Shown in pieces: positions 18,857-29,168 of a DNA stretch of 64,000 bases. Numbering within the stretch: position 1 is the stretch's first letter; each line of letters begins with the position of its first letter. The translations under genes and the position numbers were made by a program. The notes beneath the pieces are model-generated. The model ran no database searches. It was not told the origin of the DNA and was given only the letters and a program-made list of their open reading frames with translations. Source of the DNA: a plasmid; sequence record NZ_CP014093.1. One strand, given 5' to 3'.

Positions 18857-19292
18857 AACGCATCGATTTGCTGTTAACACTCCACGCTTCGAGATTTACG
18901 TCCTCGATAGAATATTCAAATTCTTCATCATCGACGTAGTAGGTATGTAGGTTTGCTTGCCAGTAGCCTTTATCAACTTGCTCTTGCTGGTACGCCCACG
19001 CAGCACACAACAAAATCGCAGAGTCTTCGAAATTGAAGTGTTGCTCTGTGATCACTTCTGAATCGCTGCCAAGGTCATAACCATGCTTGGCCATGAGCGA
19101 TTTAACCGCCCACCAATAAGCGCCATAGTGACGGTACATGAGCGGATTGGCTTTAAGTGTTTTGTAAATGCCATCTACTTGAGCTTGGATAAATGCTTCT
19201 TTGCTTTGCGCTGTTTCTAGCGCCTCATCGAGTAAGGGCTGTAGATCTTCAACGGTAGGCAATTTCACTTGGGTAATCATTTTTGTCTCCAA
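18855..19292 (-). CDS. acidic hypothetical protein (145 aa) immediately downstream of the DarB-like gene
   Basis: ORF rich in Asp/Glu with aromatic residues. Confidence 0.35.
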   Translation of the reverse strand: METKMITQVKLPTVEDLQPLLDEALETAQSKEAFIQAQVDGIYKTLKANPLMYRHYGAYWWAVKSLMAKHGYDLGSDSEVITEQHFNFEDSAILLCAAWAYQQEQVDKGYWQANLHTYYVDDEEFEYSIEDVNLEAWSVNSKSMR

Positions 19293-19333
19293 AAAGTTTT
19301 CGCATGCGAAAACTTATCGCATGCGAAAATTTG
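19291..19333. repeat. 1.5 copies of the 22-bp palindrome
   Basis: Read directly. Confidence 0.9.
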
Positions 19334-19335
19334 AG

Positions 19336-22300
19336 TTAGGCAGCTTCGGCCATTGTGTTGTGAATGGTTAATAGCGATTTCGCTAGCAATTCCAAATCCG
19401 CTTTAGCAGAGATAAACCACCAGCCGCCATTAAATTCACTGCTTGCGTTTGATGCGAAGTCAGCGCCGTACTCGGCCTTAGCTTCCTTGTCACCAGCGAA
19501 CATCACTTTAAGCGAACCTTTAAGGCCATTGTTGTCCATCAAACCAATGCGCTCGTATGGCTCTACAACAATCTCTTTTCGGTTGCGACCGCGCTTAGGC
19601 TTCCAGCTAATTGGTGAAGTCACCATTTTAACGTCGATGCCAATGCCTGACATTAGTTCGCTAAACTTCTCGATGCTCTCTACGTTAATGGCAGAGATAT
19701 TATCGATTTTCACTTTCTGCGTTTCGGTCACTTTAACCTCGGCCTTTTCCGGCTTATCCGCATTTAGGTACTTCTCGATAAATTCCTCACGCTGTGCGCT
19801 GCGATAAGTGAATAGCGAACCATACGCACCTTTCATGCGATTCAATGACCAGTCATCCGAGAAGATTAGGCCATCACCGGATAGGAACTCACGTTCGCCA
19901 ATAGCGTGTAGGTCAGCGCATACCTTAAGCATGGTTTCTTGTGAGTTTTCGCCGTAAATCGCATCGACCTTTTTCAGCAAGTGAGTATCGGTCGTTGGCT
20001 TGTATTGCGTCATCCAGCACGCGATCTGTGATAGACGTTTTGCACGGTCAGGGTCGTTGGCCACCAGCTTAGTGAAGTCAGCGAATAGCTTATCTTCCAA
20101 CTCTGTGCGGTATTCGCTCGAACGTTCGGTCAGAATATCGGTGTAACGAGTGTACTCACGAGCCGATAGGCGGCGCGCTTCGTGTGCGTTGGTGTAACCT
20201 GTCCATTTCAAATTGCTTAGATGGTTATCTAGCTCTTTGAGGAACGTGATAGACGTTTTGTAAATCGTCTCCGCTTTGAGTAGTGCCTCTTGATAAAGCT
20301 CAGGGTATTTTTCCTCGAATGCTTTGATCTCAAGTGTCACCAGTTCAACGACTTCCTGTTCGCTCACTTGGTTGCCGTTTTCCATCGCCTGTTTGTCCCA
20401 ATCGCTACCGATAAAGAAACTTAGAATGTCGTGTTCCAACATCACGCGACCTTTATCTTCCAATTGCTTGGTCACTTGGTCGAGTAGGGCTTTCGCGGTC
20501 GCTTTATCGCTCGCATCTGGATAAATCAGCGTTTGGTCTGGTTCAACATCCAATCCCCACGGAGTAGAGAATGAGCCGTCAGCATTACGCACCAAACAAC
20601 GGCGGCTATTACCGTAGGCTTTCATTTTCTTCTCTGCGACCAGTTCAAAGAACGTCTCACGGTCAAACGTATGAGCGACTTCACTTAGTGGTACACCTTG
20701 GAGCGCTTTTGCTTCTAGTGCTGCTCTATCCTGATTCACTGGCGCAATTTCAATGATGCGCTCAACAGGTAGATCGACATAGTTGCGTGACGCTGGTTCG
20801 CCGTCCATTTCAGTAATAAAGCCGTCCACCGTGCCAGATTTACGGTCGAAGTTGGTGATCATGATTGTTGCTTTTGAGTCGTACTCGGCGCTCCAAGAAC
20901 GGCTCTTAACTTCGGCTTTGTAGGTGTAGCCATTACGAACAATCACACCGTTGCGAACAATGTATAACTCTGGATGAGTTAGGAAGTCAGGGTAATCCTT
21001 TAACACACCGTCATTGATGGCCAGCTCCATTGCTGGTTTCAATTTCTTGATGGTATCGCTCGCTTTGTCGCGGTTTTTGATCGCTGCCTCATAGGTTTTG
21101 ATTTGGCTTTCTAGCGCAAACAGTCTGCCTTTGGTGCGTTGGTAGTTTTTGTGCTGCCAACTGCCGCGCTTCTCGCCCTCTGCACGTAGGCGATCTTCTT
21201 CCACCTCTTTGCGTAGTGGCTCTAACTTCTCGCGTAGTTCGGCCAGCTCGCCCTCAACCGCACTCACATCCAAAGCAAGCATTTGGGTGGCTTTGATGTA
21301 CTTGCTAACGTTAATACTTGCTAGTCGGCGTTCCTCTAATTTGCGCTTGCGCTCAGCTTGACGCTTAGCCGCTTCGATACGGGCTTTCGCTTCTTCTGGA
21401 TTTGCTGCCAGCATGATTGCAGTTTCGTCGGCTGCGTCTGCATCGGCGTTCGCAATGTACTTTTCATCACCTTTGAACATTGTCTCAATCCAAGTGGCTT
21501 TGCGTTGGATTGTGGCCAAGCGGAAATCATCGAATGAGCCTTTCGACGTGTAGTAGTGAACGTTCACGCTGTTTTGTTTAGAGCCAACACGCGCGCCACG
21601 GCCATTACGCTGTGTGATACTCATTGGAGTCCAAGGTAGCGTTAAGTGGTGAATATCGGTTGTGCCATGATGCAAGTTGATGCCGACTTCGCCTTTTTTA
21701 TTGAGGATCATGAATTTGTATTTCGAGGTGTTGTAAGCATTGGCCATTGCTTCCAAACCCGCTTCCTCATCGTCCTCAGTCGCTTTAGAGCCTTTCTTAC
21801 CCGCAACGGTATCGCTGTTCAAAATACCGATTTCAGACAGCTTACAACCAACAAAATCCGCAATGATTCGCGCGACTTTCTTGTGCTGTGTTTTTTCTTC
21901 GGTAAAGACAAGCTGCTTACCGCCAGCCAGATAAATCTCGCGCGCGTTTTCAAGGAACTTGGCGTACTTAGGGGAGACAGGGTGCGTAAATTTCAACTTG
22001 GCCTTGTCACAAATGTTTGTGAATCGGTCATCAAGTTGCTGGTGGAGCTGAACCACGCAGTGATCGCCCTCGACCTTAACGCTCTTATCAACCTTAACTT
22101 GGATTTTGCTTAGCTTAACCGTGCCGTCTGGTGCCACATCCTCAAAAGCGACCGTGACGGTATTTGGTAGCTTAGATACTGCCGCCTCTACCTCTTTCTT
22201 GCTGTCCTTGGCGAATCGGTAGGTAACACGCTCATAGTACAAATCAAGGTCTGTACTTACCTTGTCCATTTTACGGATTAGGCCGAAAACCGTGTCGTTA

Positions 22301-25300
22301 GGGTATTGCTCGACAATCTCTTGGTTTTCGTCTTTGTCTGGATTACTGATTGCGTCAGCGCGCTGGCGTAGTTCCTCATATAGCGCTTCCTGTTCGCTAT
22401 TCATTTGGACAACGCTTTGCTGGCTAATCAGGTCAGGAATGTGAACGTTGGCACCAACGGATTTAGCATCCTCGATCGTCATGTAGCGGTTAACGATGTT
22501 TCGAAGTGCGTCTAGGTTTTGGAATCCGAGTAGGGCTTCACGCTGTTCAACTTCGCCCGAAATCTTAGTAACCAGCGCTTCGCCAGTCTTACCAAACATG
22601 CGGATAAAGTCGTCGCTGTCAAAAATCCCCATCTTGGCAAACGTGTCTGCCGGAATGATGTGGGACAGCATATTGAACATATCAACAGGGCTGTTTACGG
22701 TTGGCGTAGCTGTTAGGAAGTAAACGCCTCGACCGTCATTGCGAGCCTTAATGACGTTGTTCTTAAGCTGCATATCGATAGCGCGATCGGCTTGCGCTTG
22801 GCTAGGCAAGAATGCCAGATTGTTTCGGTATGAGCCGCCCTTGTACGAGTTACGGAAATCATGCGCCTCATCGACCATAACCGAATCGAATAGCAAGTCC
22901 TCAAAGTACGGTAGTTCTTCGTTTTTGGCCGTACCATCGTCAGCATATTTCGCTTCAAAGCGCGCGTTCTTCGCTTGCTCTGTGTGGCTTTCCGCTTCCT
23001 TAACTAGCTTGCTTGAACCAGCAATCAAACCAGCATCGCGCATTTCAAGCACGTTGGCCGAAATCGTGTCCGGCTTCAATGGAATGCGGTTGTACACGTC
23101 TTTTGTCATTACCACGATGCGAGCGGTTGACTGTGTAAGCTGGTGGAGCTGTTCTGCTACGCGCTTGCCGTTTGTGTCTACGGTCAGTTTGGCGCGCAAG
23201 ATAGGATCGCCTTTCTTGTCTAACTTCGGTTCGCCCGTTTCATCTAATACCGGTTCCCGAATGATTTTTCCTTCATCGTCTTTGTGAACTTCAAGGCCGA
23301 TAAATACCTTGTCAGATAGATTGCTTTCACCAAAGAACAGGTCGGACTCATAGAACCAGTTCTCTAACACGGATTTAGGAACAACGATGGCCACACGGTT
23401 AGCGCGTTTGGTTTCTAGGTTGTGCTGCACGAGGCCAAGGCCAGTGAGCGTTTTACCCAAGCCAGTACCAAAGGCAATAATGCCGTTACCGTCTGCACTG
23501 TGACGGCGAATCGTTGAGTTTTGGTAAGGTAGGAACTCAATCGCACCAGATACGCCATTTAGCGTTAGTGGTGAGTCATCAAACTCCGGCTTAATCCAAC
23601 CGTTAAACGTATTGTTGTAAACCTGTTCCAAGTATTCTGAATGGTCAGATGATGCAATCCATGTAGAAAACTCATCATCGAGGCGGCGCATTTGTTCACG
23701 GATAAGTGATTTATCTTCGTTCTTACTACCGCCACGAACCGCACCATAGTTGATGTACGATTCAATTTGACGCTCAAATCGCTCATCGCTGTTCGCTGCT
23801 TTACCTTTCACGCCATTACGAGTTAGGCCATCAATCCATTCGCCATCACGCCAACGGTAGCCAGTAAGGTATTGGCCGGATTCGCTTTGTACGAAATCCT
23901 CAAAGCCGTCCTTATCCTCGGTAAAGTCGCCCAAGATAAATTCCGTGTAGCCACGGTCATGCAGGAACTCAAGCATGATGTTTTTAGGAATCCACTTATC
24001 GGTAAGCTTCATCTTCACATCGGCAATCGAGATCTTGTTTCGCTTAGATTCGATGGCTTGAATTTGGCGCATGATGTTAGCTTTCACGGTATCGCTGGTG
24101 GTCGATACTAATTGTGCGGTCAGCTGATCCATGCGCTTACCGACTAGGCCAGTCGTCGCTTTATGGAATGCCGTCACCGTGCCGTCAGGGTTTACGGCTA
24201 CCTCATCCATGTTCGCTAGATAATCAAGCAACTGCTCATCGCTCATCGCATCGATACCGCTTGCGGTGTAATACTTGCGAACGTCATCCAGTGTCAGTGT
24301 GGTTATGCCTAGTTCACGGTCGCATAGATGGAACACGTCACCAATGCGAGACGAACTGTATTGAACGGTCAGCTCACGCTTAAGGTCGCCTTTGAGTAGG
24401 TCAGATAGTTTGCCCTTAGAATCGATCGATGAGTGGTAGTAATTCCATGCAGAGACGTACTTCTCGCTTAAGTTGCTTAGCGCTTTCTTCGATACCTTAG
24501 AACCGCCCATTAATGTGTTCAGCTCTAACACTTCGCCGCTTAACTTCACGCGATATTGTTCGGTCTGGAAGTCCTCCGCGCCCATTGCCATGTTTATCAA
24601 GTCGCTATTGGATGTAGTTCGGCTACCAGCAACCAGCGTTGCAAGTGTTTGAACTTTCATGCCAAGTAGAATGCCTTTGTAAGCGTGTTCTTGGCTCGCT
24701 TTTGGCAGCTTGGCAATCTCGCGCATTAGGGCTTTAAAGTCGTCATGACACAAGTAACCGTAATCTTCGAAAAGCTTGAGCGCTTGGCTGGCCGATAGCT
24801 TAAGCATCGATTCAGTAGAGTAGGTGATAGAACCGATCTCATCGGTGTTATCTACGCCATAGGTCGCCTTACTGATAACGCCTGTTTTCGCATTGCTTTC
24901 AGATAGCTCCCATTCGCCATCAATCATTTCGTACTGCTGGCCATTGCGGAAAATCGTGTCTCCATCGGAGTATTTCGCGCTCACTGGCTCACTAACCGCT
25001 TCATCGAGTAACATCCAGTCAATGCGACTGTCAAAGCGGCGCATTAGCGACTCTTTAATATCATCGTTAGAACGGTTGCCACGCTTCACGACTTTGCGCG
25101 CAAACTTACCTACGCCCTCAACAGTCTGTTCGCCGTTGATGAATTTCTTACCCTCGCGCTCGAACCACTTACCTTTGAGCCAAGTGTCCCAAAGTACGTT
25201 AGATTCAATCAGCGTGTCGCGGTCGGCGCTATCAATCAGTGCTTTCGCTTGGTCGCTGTGTTTGCGCCAGATAACAAGGTCAGTCACTACGCCCGTATCA

Positions 25301-26055
25301 GAGAACGTGCCCGTTGGTAGTCGGTGCGCGCCCAAAAACTCCGCTTTAAGCGCGAGTTGTGTACGCCACTTCTCAAGGTTTTTCGCATCACAAATACGAG
25401 TTGGCAGCACTAGGGCAATCAAGCCACCAGCTTTCGCTTTATCGATAGAACGAGAAACGAAATACTGATCAGCGTACTTAATGTCTTTGTACGCTTTGTC
25501 TTTCATCGCGCTAGCGTCTCGAACACCATAAGGCGGGTTGCCGATCACTAGGTCAAAGTCGCCAATGCCAGGATTAGTTGCTACCGCTTCGAATGCAGAT
25601 TGGATTACATGGTCTTCGGGGTGAAGAATTTGGTTAATGGCCGCCGAGGTCTGATCCATTTCTACGGATGTAGTCAGGGTGCCTTTAGGTTTGGTTTCGC
25701 TAAATACTCCCACACCCGAACTTGGTTCAAGTACGCTACCGCCAGTAAAACCATAGGAACGAACTGCATCCCAAGTCGCGCTCGCCAGCCATTTAGGCGT
25801 GTAGTATTCGTTGGTAGAGCCACCGATACCGCCAAAACCTGTGTAGTCGCGCAGAGCTGCCTTATCTTCGGGTGAAACGTTGGAGTAGTCGCCGTTGTAC
25901 TTGGCGAGAATATCTTTGGCTAGTTGGTTAGCCTTAAGGCGCTGGTGGCCTTTTGGAGTGTCGCTAATATCGACAGCGAGCAAGGCTTCAAACTGGCGTA
26001 CCAGTTCATCGATTGTTGTCGCCTGTTCAATACTGCGGGTTAAATCAGTGTTCAT
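19336..26055 (-). CDS. giant methyltransferase-helicase fusion (2239 aa), DarB-like anti-restriction candidate
   Basis: N-terminal AdoMet motif 'VLEPSSGVGVF' and 'LVIGNPPYG' (N6-adenine methyltransferase motif IV). Central 'IIAFGTGLGKTLTG' Walker A and 'MVDEAHDFRN' DEAH box (SNF2/DEAD helicase). Confidence 0.8.
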   Translation of the reverse strand: MNTDLTRSIEQATTIDELVRQFEALLAVDISDTPKGHQRLKANQLAKDILAKYNGDYSNVSPEDKAALRDYTGFGGIGGSTNEYYTPKWLASATWDAVRSYGFTGGSVLEPSSGVGVFSETKPKGTLTTSVEMDQTSAAINQILHPEDHVIQSAFEAVATNPGIGDFDLVIGNPPYGVRDASAMKDKAYKDIKYADQYFVSRSIDKAKAGGLIALVLPTRICDAKNLEKWRTQLALKAEFLGAHRLPTGTFSDTGVVTDLVIWRKHSDQAKALIDSADRDTLIESNVLWDTWLKGKWFEREGKKFINGEQTVEGVGKFARKVVKRGNRSNDDIKESLMRRFDSRIDWMLLDEAVSEPVSAKYSDGDTIFRNGQQYEMIDGEWELSESNAKTGVISKATYGVDNTDEIGSITYSTESMLKLSASQALKLFEDYGYLCHDDFKALMREIAKLPKASQEHAYKGILLGMKVQTLATLVAGSRTTSNSDLINMAMGAEDFQTEQYRVKLSGEVLELNTLMGGSKVSKKALSNLSEKYVSAWNYYHSSIDSKGKLSDLLKGDLKRELTVQYSSSRIGDVFHLCDRELGITTLTLDDVRKYYTASGIDAMSDEQLLDYLANMDEVAVNPDGTVTAFHKATTGLVGKRMDQLTAQLVSTTSDTVKANIMRQIQAIESKRNKISIADVKMKLTDKWIPKNIMLEFLHDRGYTEFILGDFTEDKDGFEDFVQSESGQYLTGYRWRDGEWIDGLTRNGVKGKAANSDERFERQIESYINYGAVRGGSKNEDKSLIREQMRRLDDEFSTWIASSDHSEYLEQVYNNTFNGWIKPEFDDSPLTLNGVSGAIEFLPYQNSTIRRHSADGNGIIAFGTGLGKTLTGLGLVQHNLETKRANRVAIVVPKSVLENWFYESDLFFGESNLSDKVFIGLEVHKDDEGKIIREPVLDETGEPKLDKKGDPILRAKLTVDTNGKRVAEQLHQLTQSTARIVVMTKDVYNRIPLKPDTISANVLEMRDAGLIAGSSKLVKEAESHTEQAKNARFEAKYADDGTAKNEELPYFEDLLFDSVMVDEAHDFRNSYKGGSYRNNLAFLPSQAQADRAIDMQLKNNVIKARNDGRGVYFLTATPTVNSPVDMFNMLSHIIPADTFAKMGIFDSDDFIRMFGKTGEALVTKISGEVEQREALLGFQNLDALRNIVNRYMTIEDAKSVGANVHIPDLISQQSVVQMNSEQEALYEELRQRADAISNPDKDENQEIVEQYPNDTVFGLIRKMDKVSTDLDLYYERVTYRFAKDSKKEVEAAVSKLPNTVTVAFEDVAPDGTVKLSKIQVKVDKSVKVEGDHCVVQLHQQLDDRFTNICDKAKLKFTHPVSPKYAKFLENAREIYLAGGKQLVFTEEKTQHKKVARIIADFVGCKLSEIGILNSDTVAGKKGSKATEDDEEAGLEAMANAYNTSKYKFMILNKKGEVGINLHHGTTDIHHLTLPWTPMSITQRNGRGARVGSKQNSVNVHYYTSKGSFDDFRLATIQRKATWIETMFKGDEKYIANADADAADETAIMLAANPEEAKARIEAAKRQAERKRKLEERRLASINVSKYIKATQMLALDVSAVEGELAELREKLEPLRKEVEEDRLRAEGEKRGSWQHKNYQRTKGRLFALESQIKTYEAAIKNRDKASDTIKKLKPAMELAINDGVLKDYPDFLTHPELYIVRNGVIVRNGYTYKAEVKSRSWSAEYDSKATIMITNFDRKSGTVDGFITEMDGEPASRNYVDLPVERIIEIAPVNQDRAALEAKALQGVPLSEVAHTFDRETFFELVAEKKMKAYGNSRRCLVRNADGSFSTPWGLDVEPDQTLIYPDASDKATAKALLDQVTKQLEDKGRVMLEHDILSFFIGSDWDKQAMENGNQVSEQEVVELVTLEIKAFEEKYPELYQEALLKAETIYKTSITFLKELDNHLSNLKWTGYTNAHEARRLSAREYTRYTDILTERSSEYRTELEDKLFADFTKLVANDPDRAKRLSQIACWMTQYKPTTDTHLLKKVDAIYGENSQETMLKVCADLHAIGEREFLSGDGLIFSDDWSLNRMKGAYGSLFTYRSAQREEFIEKYLNADKPEKAEVKVTETQKVKIDNISAINVESIEKFSELMSGIGIDVKMVTSPISWKPKRGRNRKEIVVEPYERIGLMDNNGLKGSLKVMFAGDKEAKAEYGADFASNASSEFNGGWWFISAKADLELLAKSLLTIHNTMAEAA

Positions 26056-26095
26056 TGAACGTGCCTTTTATTCTTTGGATAAAAGCCAAAAAAAA

Positions 26096-26125
26096 AGTCG
26101 AGCTTTCGCCCGACTTTTTCCTTTC
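26096..26125. terminator. A-run, hairpin, T-run (bidirectional terminator-like)
   Basis: AAAAAAAAA-GTCGAGC-tttc-GCCCGAC-TTTTT. Confidence 0.35.
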
Positions 26126-26436
26126 CTATTCCCCATCCCAAAAAAACGCCACTATCAATATCAATTTAAGTTAATGAATAATCTAAAATATCTAAGGAAG
26201 TAGATTTTTAGGGACGAGATAATTATTCCGAACACGTAAGTTGTCATCAAGAATAAAAATTAGTGTTTTTGGTGAGTAACCAAGATTCAAAGGCAAGCAA
26301 TTGAACTTTGACTAAAAAAATTTAACGCATAGAAAATCAATCATTTATTAGCGTATTGGTCACATTGACGCGATGCGCTATCATCCAAGATCATCCCCAT
26401 CCCTGTAGAAAGCGCCTCAACTAACCGAGGTCGCAC

Positions 26437-28110
26437 ATGTCGCAAAACAAGGCATCAATTGGGCTAGCGACAGCTTTAAAACAAGCGTTCCCTTTCTTTA
26501 ACGAGAATGACGATAAAGAGAGCGGGATCAGTTTTGAATCTGGCGCTGGATATACGGGATCGCCATTCCACGATCGCGAAAACCAATTAGATGAAAGCAA
26601 CGGCGCTCTGACCAATGACGGTCGAAAAAGCTCAGACCGCTTTTTTCTGCACAAACTGCCGAAAGATCGCTTCATGCTATATCCGATACTCAAGGAAATG
26701 GCCGAGGACAGCACGATTGATGCCGCGCTCAATCTGCACCTTGGTCACGCTCTTTCGGTATCAAACGACAATGGCATGGCTGTGTATCTTTATCCAACCG
26801 ATGAGAAGTACGCCGAGTACGTAGGCCGTCTTAACCGAGAGCTGCTAACTCCAATCAACGAAAACCTAATGAACTGGACGTATTCAACGCTGGTTTATGG
26901 GGTTAACTATGTTCGCCCATACACGAAAGAGGGCGTGGGTATTACTCACTTTGAGGCCAACTACTACACGTTGCCAAACCAAATTCGTGAGTACGAACGT
27001 TCGGGCGAGCTAGCGGGATTTACTGCGGAATATCTACAAACCCGAGCGAACGGCGAACAGGTACGCCTTGCCGAGCCTTGGGCGCTTATCCCACTAAAAA
27101 TGCCAATCTGGCGACCAGATATGGATATACCGCCAGTTAACTACACTGGCCAGCGCTACTCACTTTATGACGATGCGTATTCACGCATGCCAATCGAGAC
27201 GCAGAACTACGGCACATCCATTCTTCTTACCTGTTTTGAGGCTTGGTCGATGCTTCGCCAGTCCATTGCAGCGCTCGGCGCAAGTCGTGTAAATGCTTCA
27301 CTTATCGACCGCATGGTAGCGGTAAACACTGACGGCTTAGATGCTGCGGGAGCTGCGGAATACATCAACATGGTCGCTGACCAGATGAAGCAAGACCGTC
27401 AAGAGGTGGTAGACCGTTCCCGTAAGCTAGGTTTCATTCCAACAGTCATCAACACGCTATTGCCCTTTATGGGTGGTGCTAAAGGTGGCTTACAGATCGA
27501 TACCTTTACCACTGACCCAAATATCTCCCACATCGAAGACATTATGTTTCACCTTAAACGCTTAGCCGGAACGCTTGGCGTAGACCCATCCATGCTTGGG
27601 TTTGGTGATCTTCTTTCTGGTGGGCTAGGCGAGGGCGGTTTCTTCCGCACTTCTATTCAATCAGCACTACGCGCCAACCAAATCCGCGCAGCCGTGGTGG
27701 CGTTCGTTAAGCGCGCTATCGACATTCACACCATCTATCGAGACGGCAAGGTGTGGAACGACAACGATATGCCATTCGAGATCCGATTTAACTCTCTCAA
27801 TACTGCTATCGAGCAAGAGAAGTCGGCGGCAATGGAGTCGCAAGCGAACTATGCAACCATGCTGACTACTGTGCTTGACCTTATCGAGCAATCCCCAATC
27901 AGCAAGTCTCCGAAACTCAAAAACCATCTTTATACGTCCGTTGTTGGCCTCGATTCCGAGCTGGCCAATGAAGTCATTTCCGAGCTCGCGGCTCAAGTGG
28001 CCAAGAACGACAAGATGATGGAATCCATTGGCATGACTAACCAAAGCGAAGCGGAACGATTCGTTAGAGACGTAGTTCTCGACCTACTAACCGAAATCCA
28101 AAGCCATTAA
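26437..28110 (+). CDS. hypothetical phage protein (557 aa; possibly portal or structural)
   Basis: Long ORF followed at a short distance by a second ORF. No diagnostic motif; the portal guess rests only on size and context. Confidence 0.3.
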   Translation: MSQNKASIGLATALKQAFPFFNENDDKESGISFESGAGYTGSPFHDRENQLDESNGALTNDGRKSSDRFFLHKLPKDRFMLYPILKEMAEDSTIDAALNLHLGHALSVSNDNGMAVYLYPTDEKYAEYVGRLNRELLTPINENLMNWTYSTLVYGVNYVRPYTKEGVGITHFEANYYTLPNQIREYERSGELAGFTAEYLQTRANGEQVRLAEPWALIPLKMPIWRPDMDIPPVNYTGQRYSLYDDAYSRMPIETQNYGTSILLTCFEAWSMLRQSIAALGASRVNASLIDRMVAVNTDGLDAAGAAEYINMVADQMKQDRQEVVDRSRKLGFIPTVINTLLPFMGGAKGGLQIDTFTTDPNISHIEDIMFHLKRLAGTLGVDPSMLGFGDLLSGGLGEGGFFRTSIQSALRANQIRAAVVAFVKRAIDIHTIYRDGKVWNDNDMPFEIRFNSLNTAIEQEKSAAMESQANYATMLTTVLDLIEQSPISKSPKLKNHLYTSVVGLDSELANEVISELAAQVAKNDKMMESIGMTNQSEAERFVRDVVLDLLTEIQSH

Positions 28111-28123
28111 TGGAGAAAAGAAA

Positions 28124-29077
28124 GTGACAGCAAAAGCACTTAAACAAGTATCCGACCGTTTCAGCCTATTCAATGACGGTCGAAAACTTAGCGCCAACAA
28201 GCGCAATTACATCATCAAAGCCGTGCAAGCGATGATCAACAGCCCACGAACTAAAGAGCTACTGCGACTAGGTGAGGCGTATGGTTACTATGGCCATCAA
28301 TCCCGCCAACGCGCCAATAAGCTCTCAATCGGTGAAACTGAGGTGATCATGATTAATGGTCGTCCGGTTGTGGTAGAAAACGTGCCATCTAACCGCACAG
28401 TCTCTATCACCTGTTCAGATGACGGTATTGTTGAACACACTCAAGAGTTTTTAGATACCGACACAGGCCGTATTGCTTTAGGTTTGCACAATAGTCGTGC
28501 TGGTGGTTGGAGCTGGGCGACTGGTGGCCAAGATACACGCGAGGCATCGATCACTACTTCATATCACGGTATGGACTACGTATTGCAGCCGAACTATATC
28601 AGCCTAGACCATCCGGCCATGATGATGGAAAGTGCGAACAGCGAGCAAATGATCCTCGAATCGCTACAGGAACAAGGTTTTGATGAGGAATCCGCGCGTA
28701 ATATCTACGCGAACATGACTCAACAGACCAATGTTGAGCTTGTCGGTGATCTTACTAACCAGCTTATGTACCTAGAAAGCGTGAACACAGATTTGCGTGA
28801 AAAGGTAGAGCAAAACGCTAAGGCAACCTCGATGCTGCTTGATGTTGTGGACTCTTTACCTATCTATGTGACCGATGCGCAGCGCAAAGCGATCGCCAAC
28901 ATGGCCAGCAAGGAAGATCATCAAGTGGTGCGAGCTATGTTTGAGTCGCTATGTTCCCGAAAAATGGCGACTTTACCGACAAATAGCTATGTTCCAGTAG
29001 AGCAAAAAGTGAGTGTTGCGCCTCAAATTAAACAGCAGTTCGTCAACTTCGGATCTTCGGCACGAAAATTCCAATAA
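28124..29077 (+). CDS. hypothetical phage protein
   Basis: ORF directly downstream of the previous one. Confidence 0.3.
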   Translation: MTAKALKQVSDRFSLFNDGRKLSANKRNYIIKAVQAMINSPRTKELLRLGEAYGYYGHQSRQRANKLSIGETEVIMINGRPVVVENVPSNRTVSITCSDDGIVEHTQEFLDTDTGRIALGLHNSRAGGWSWATGGQDTREASITTSYHGMDYVLQPNYISLDHPAMMMESANSEQMILESLQEQGFDEESARNIYANMTQQTNVELVGDLTNQLMYLESVNTDLREKVEQNAKATSMLLDVVDSLPIYVTDAQRKAIANMASKEDHQVVRAMFESLCSRKMATLPTNSYVPVEQKVSVAPQIKQQFVNFGSSARKFQ

Positions 29078-29168
29078 GCTGATCAATCAAAAAGCGCCAC
29101 CAGCGATTAGCAATCAAGTACAAAAAACAGTCAATTTAATCGAAAATTCTGGTGGCCAATTCGGAATC

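Noticed and set aside
21646-25468. Several plus-strand ORFs of 60-190 aa (21646, 22739, 24893 and others)
   Set aside because: All lie antisense inside the intact 6.7-kb DarB-like gene and have low-complexity Ser/Leu/Arg-rich translations. Spurious.
26437-29077. Confident portal and prohead-protease assignment
   Set aside because: Size and context are suggestive, but I could not find a diagnostic portal or protease motif by eye. Left as hypothetical phage proteins.
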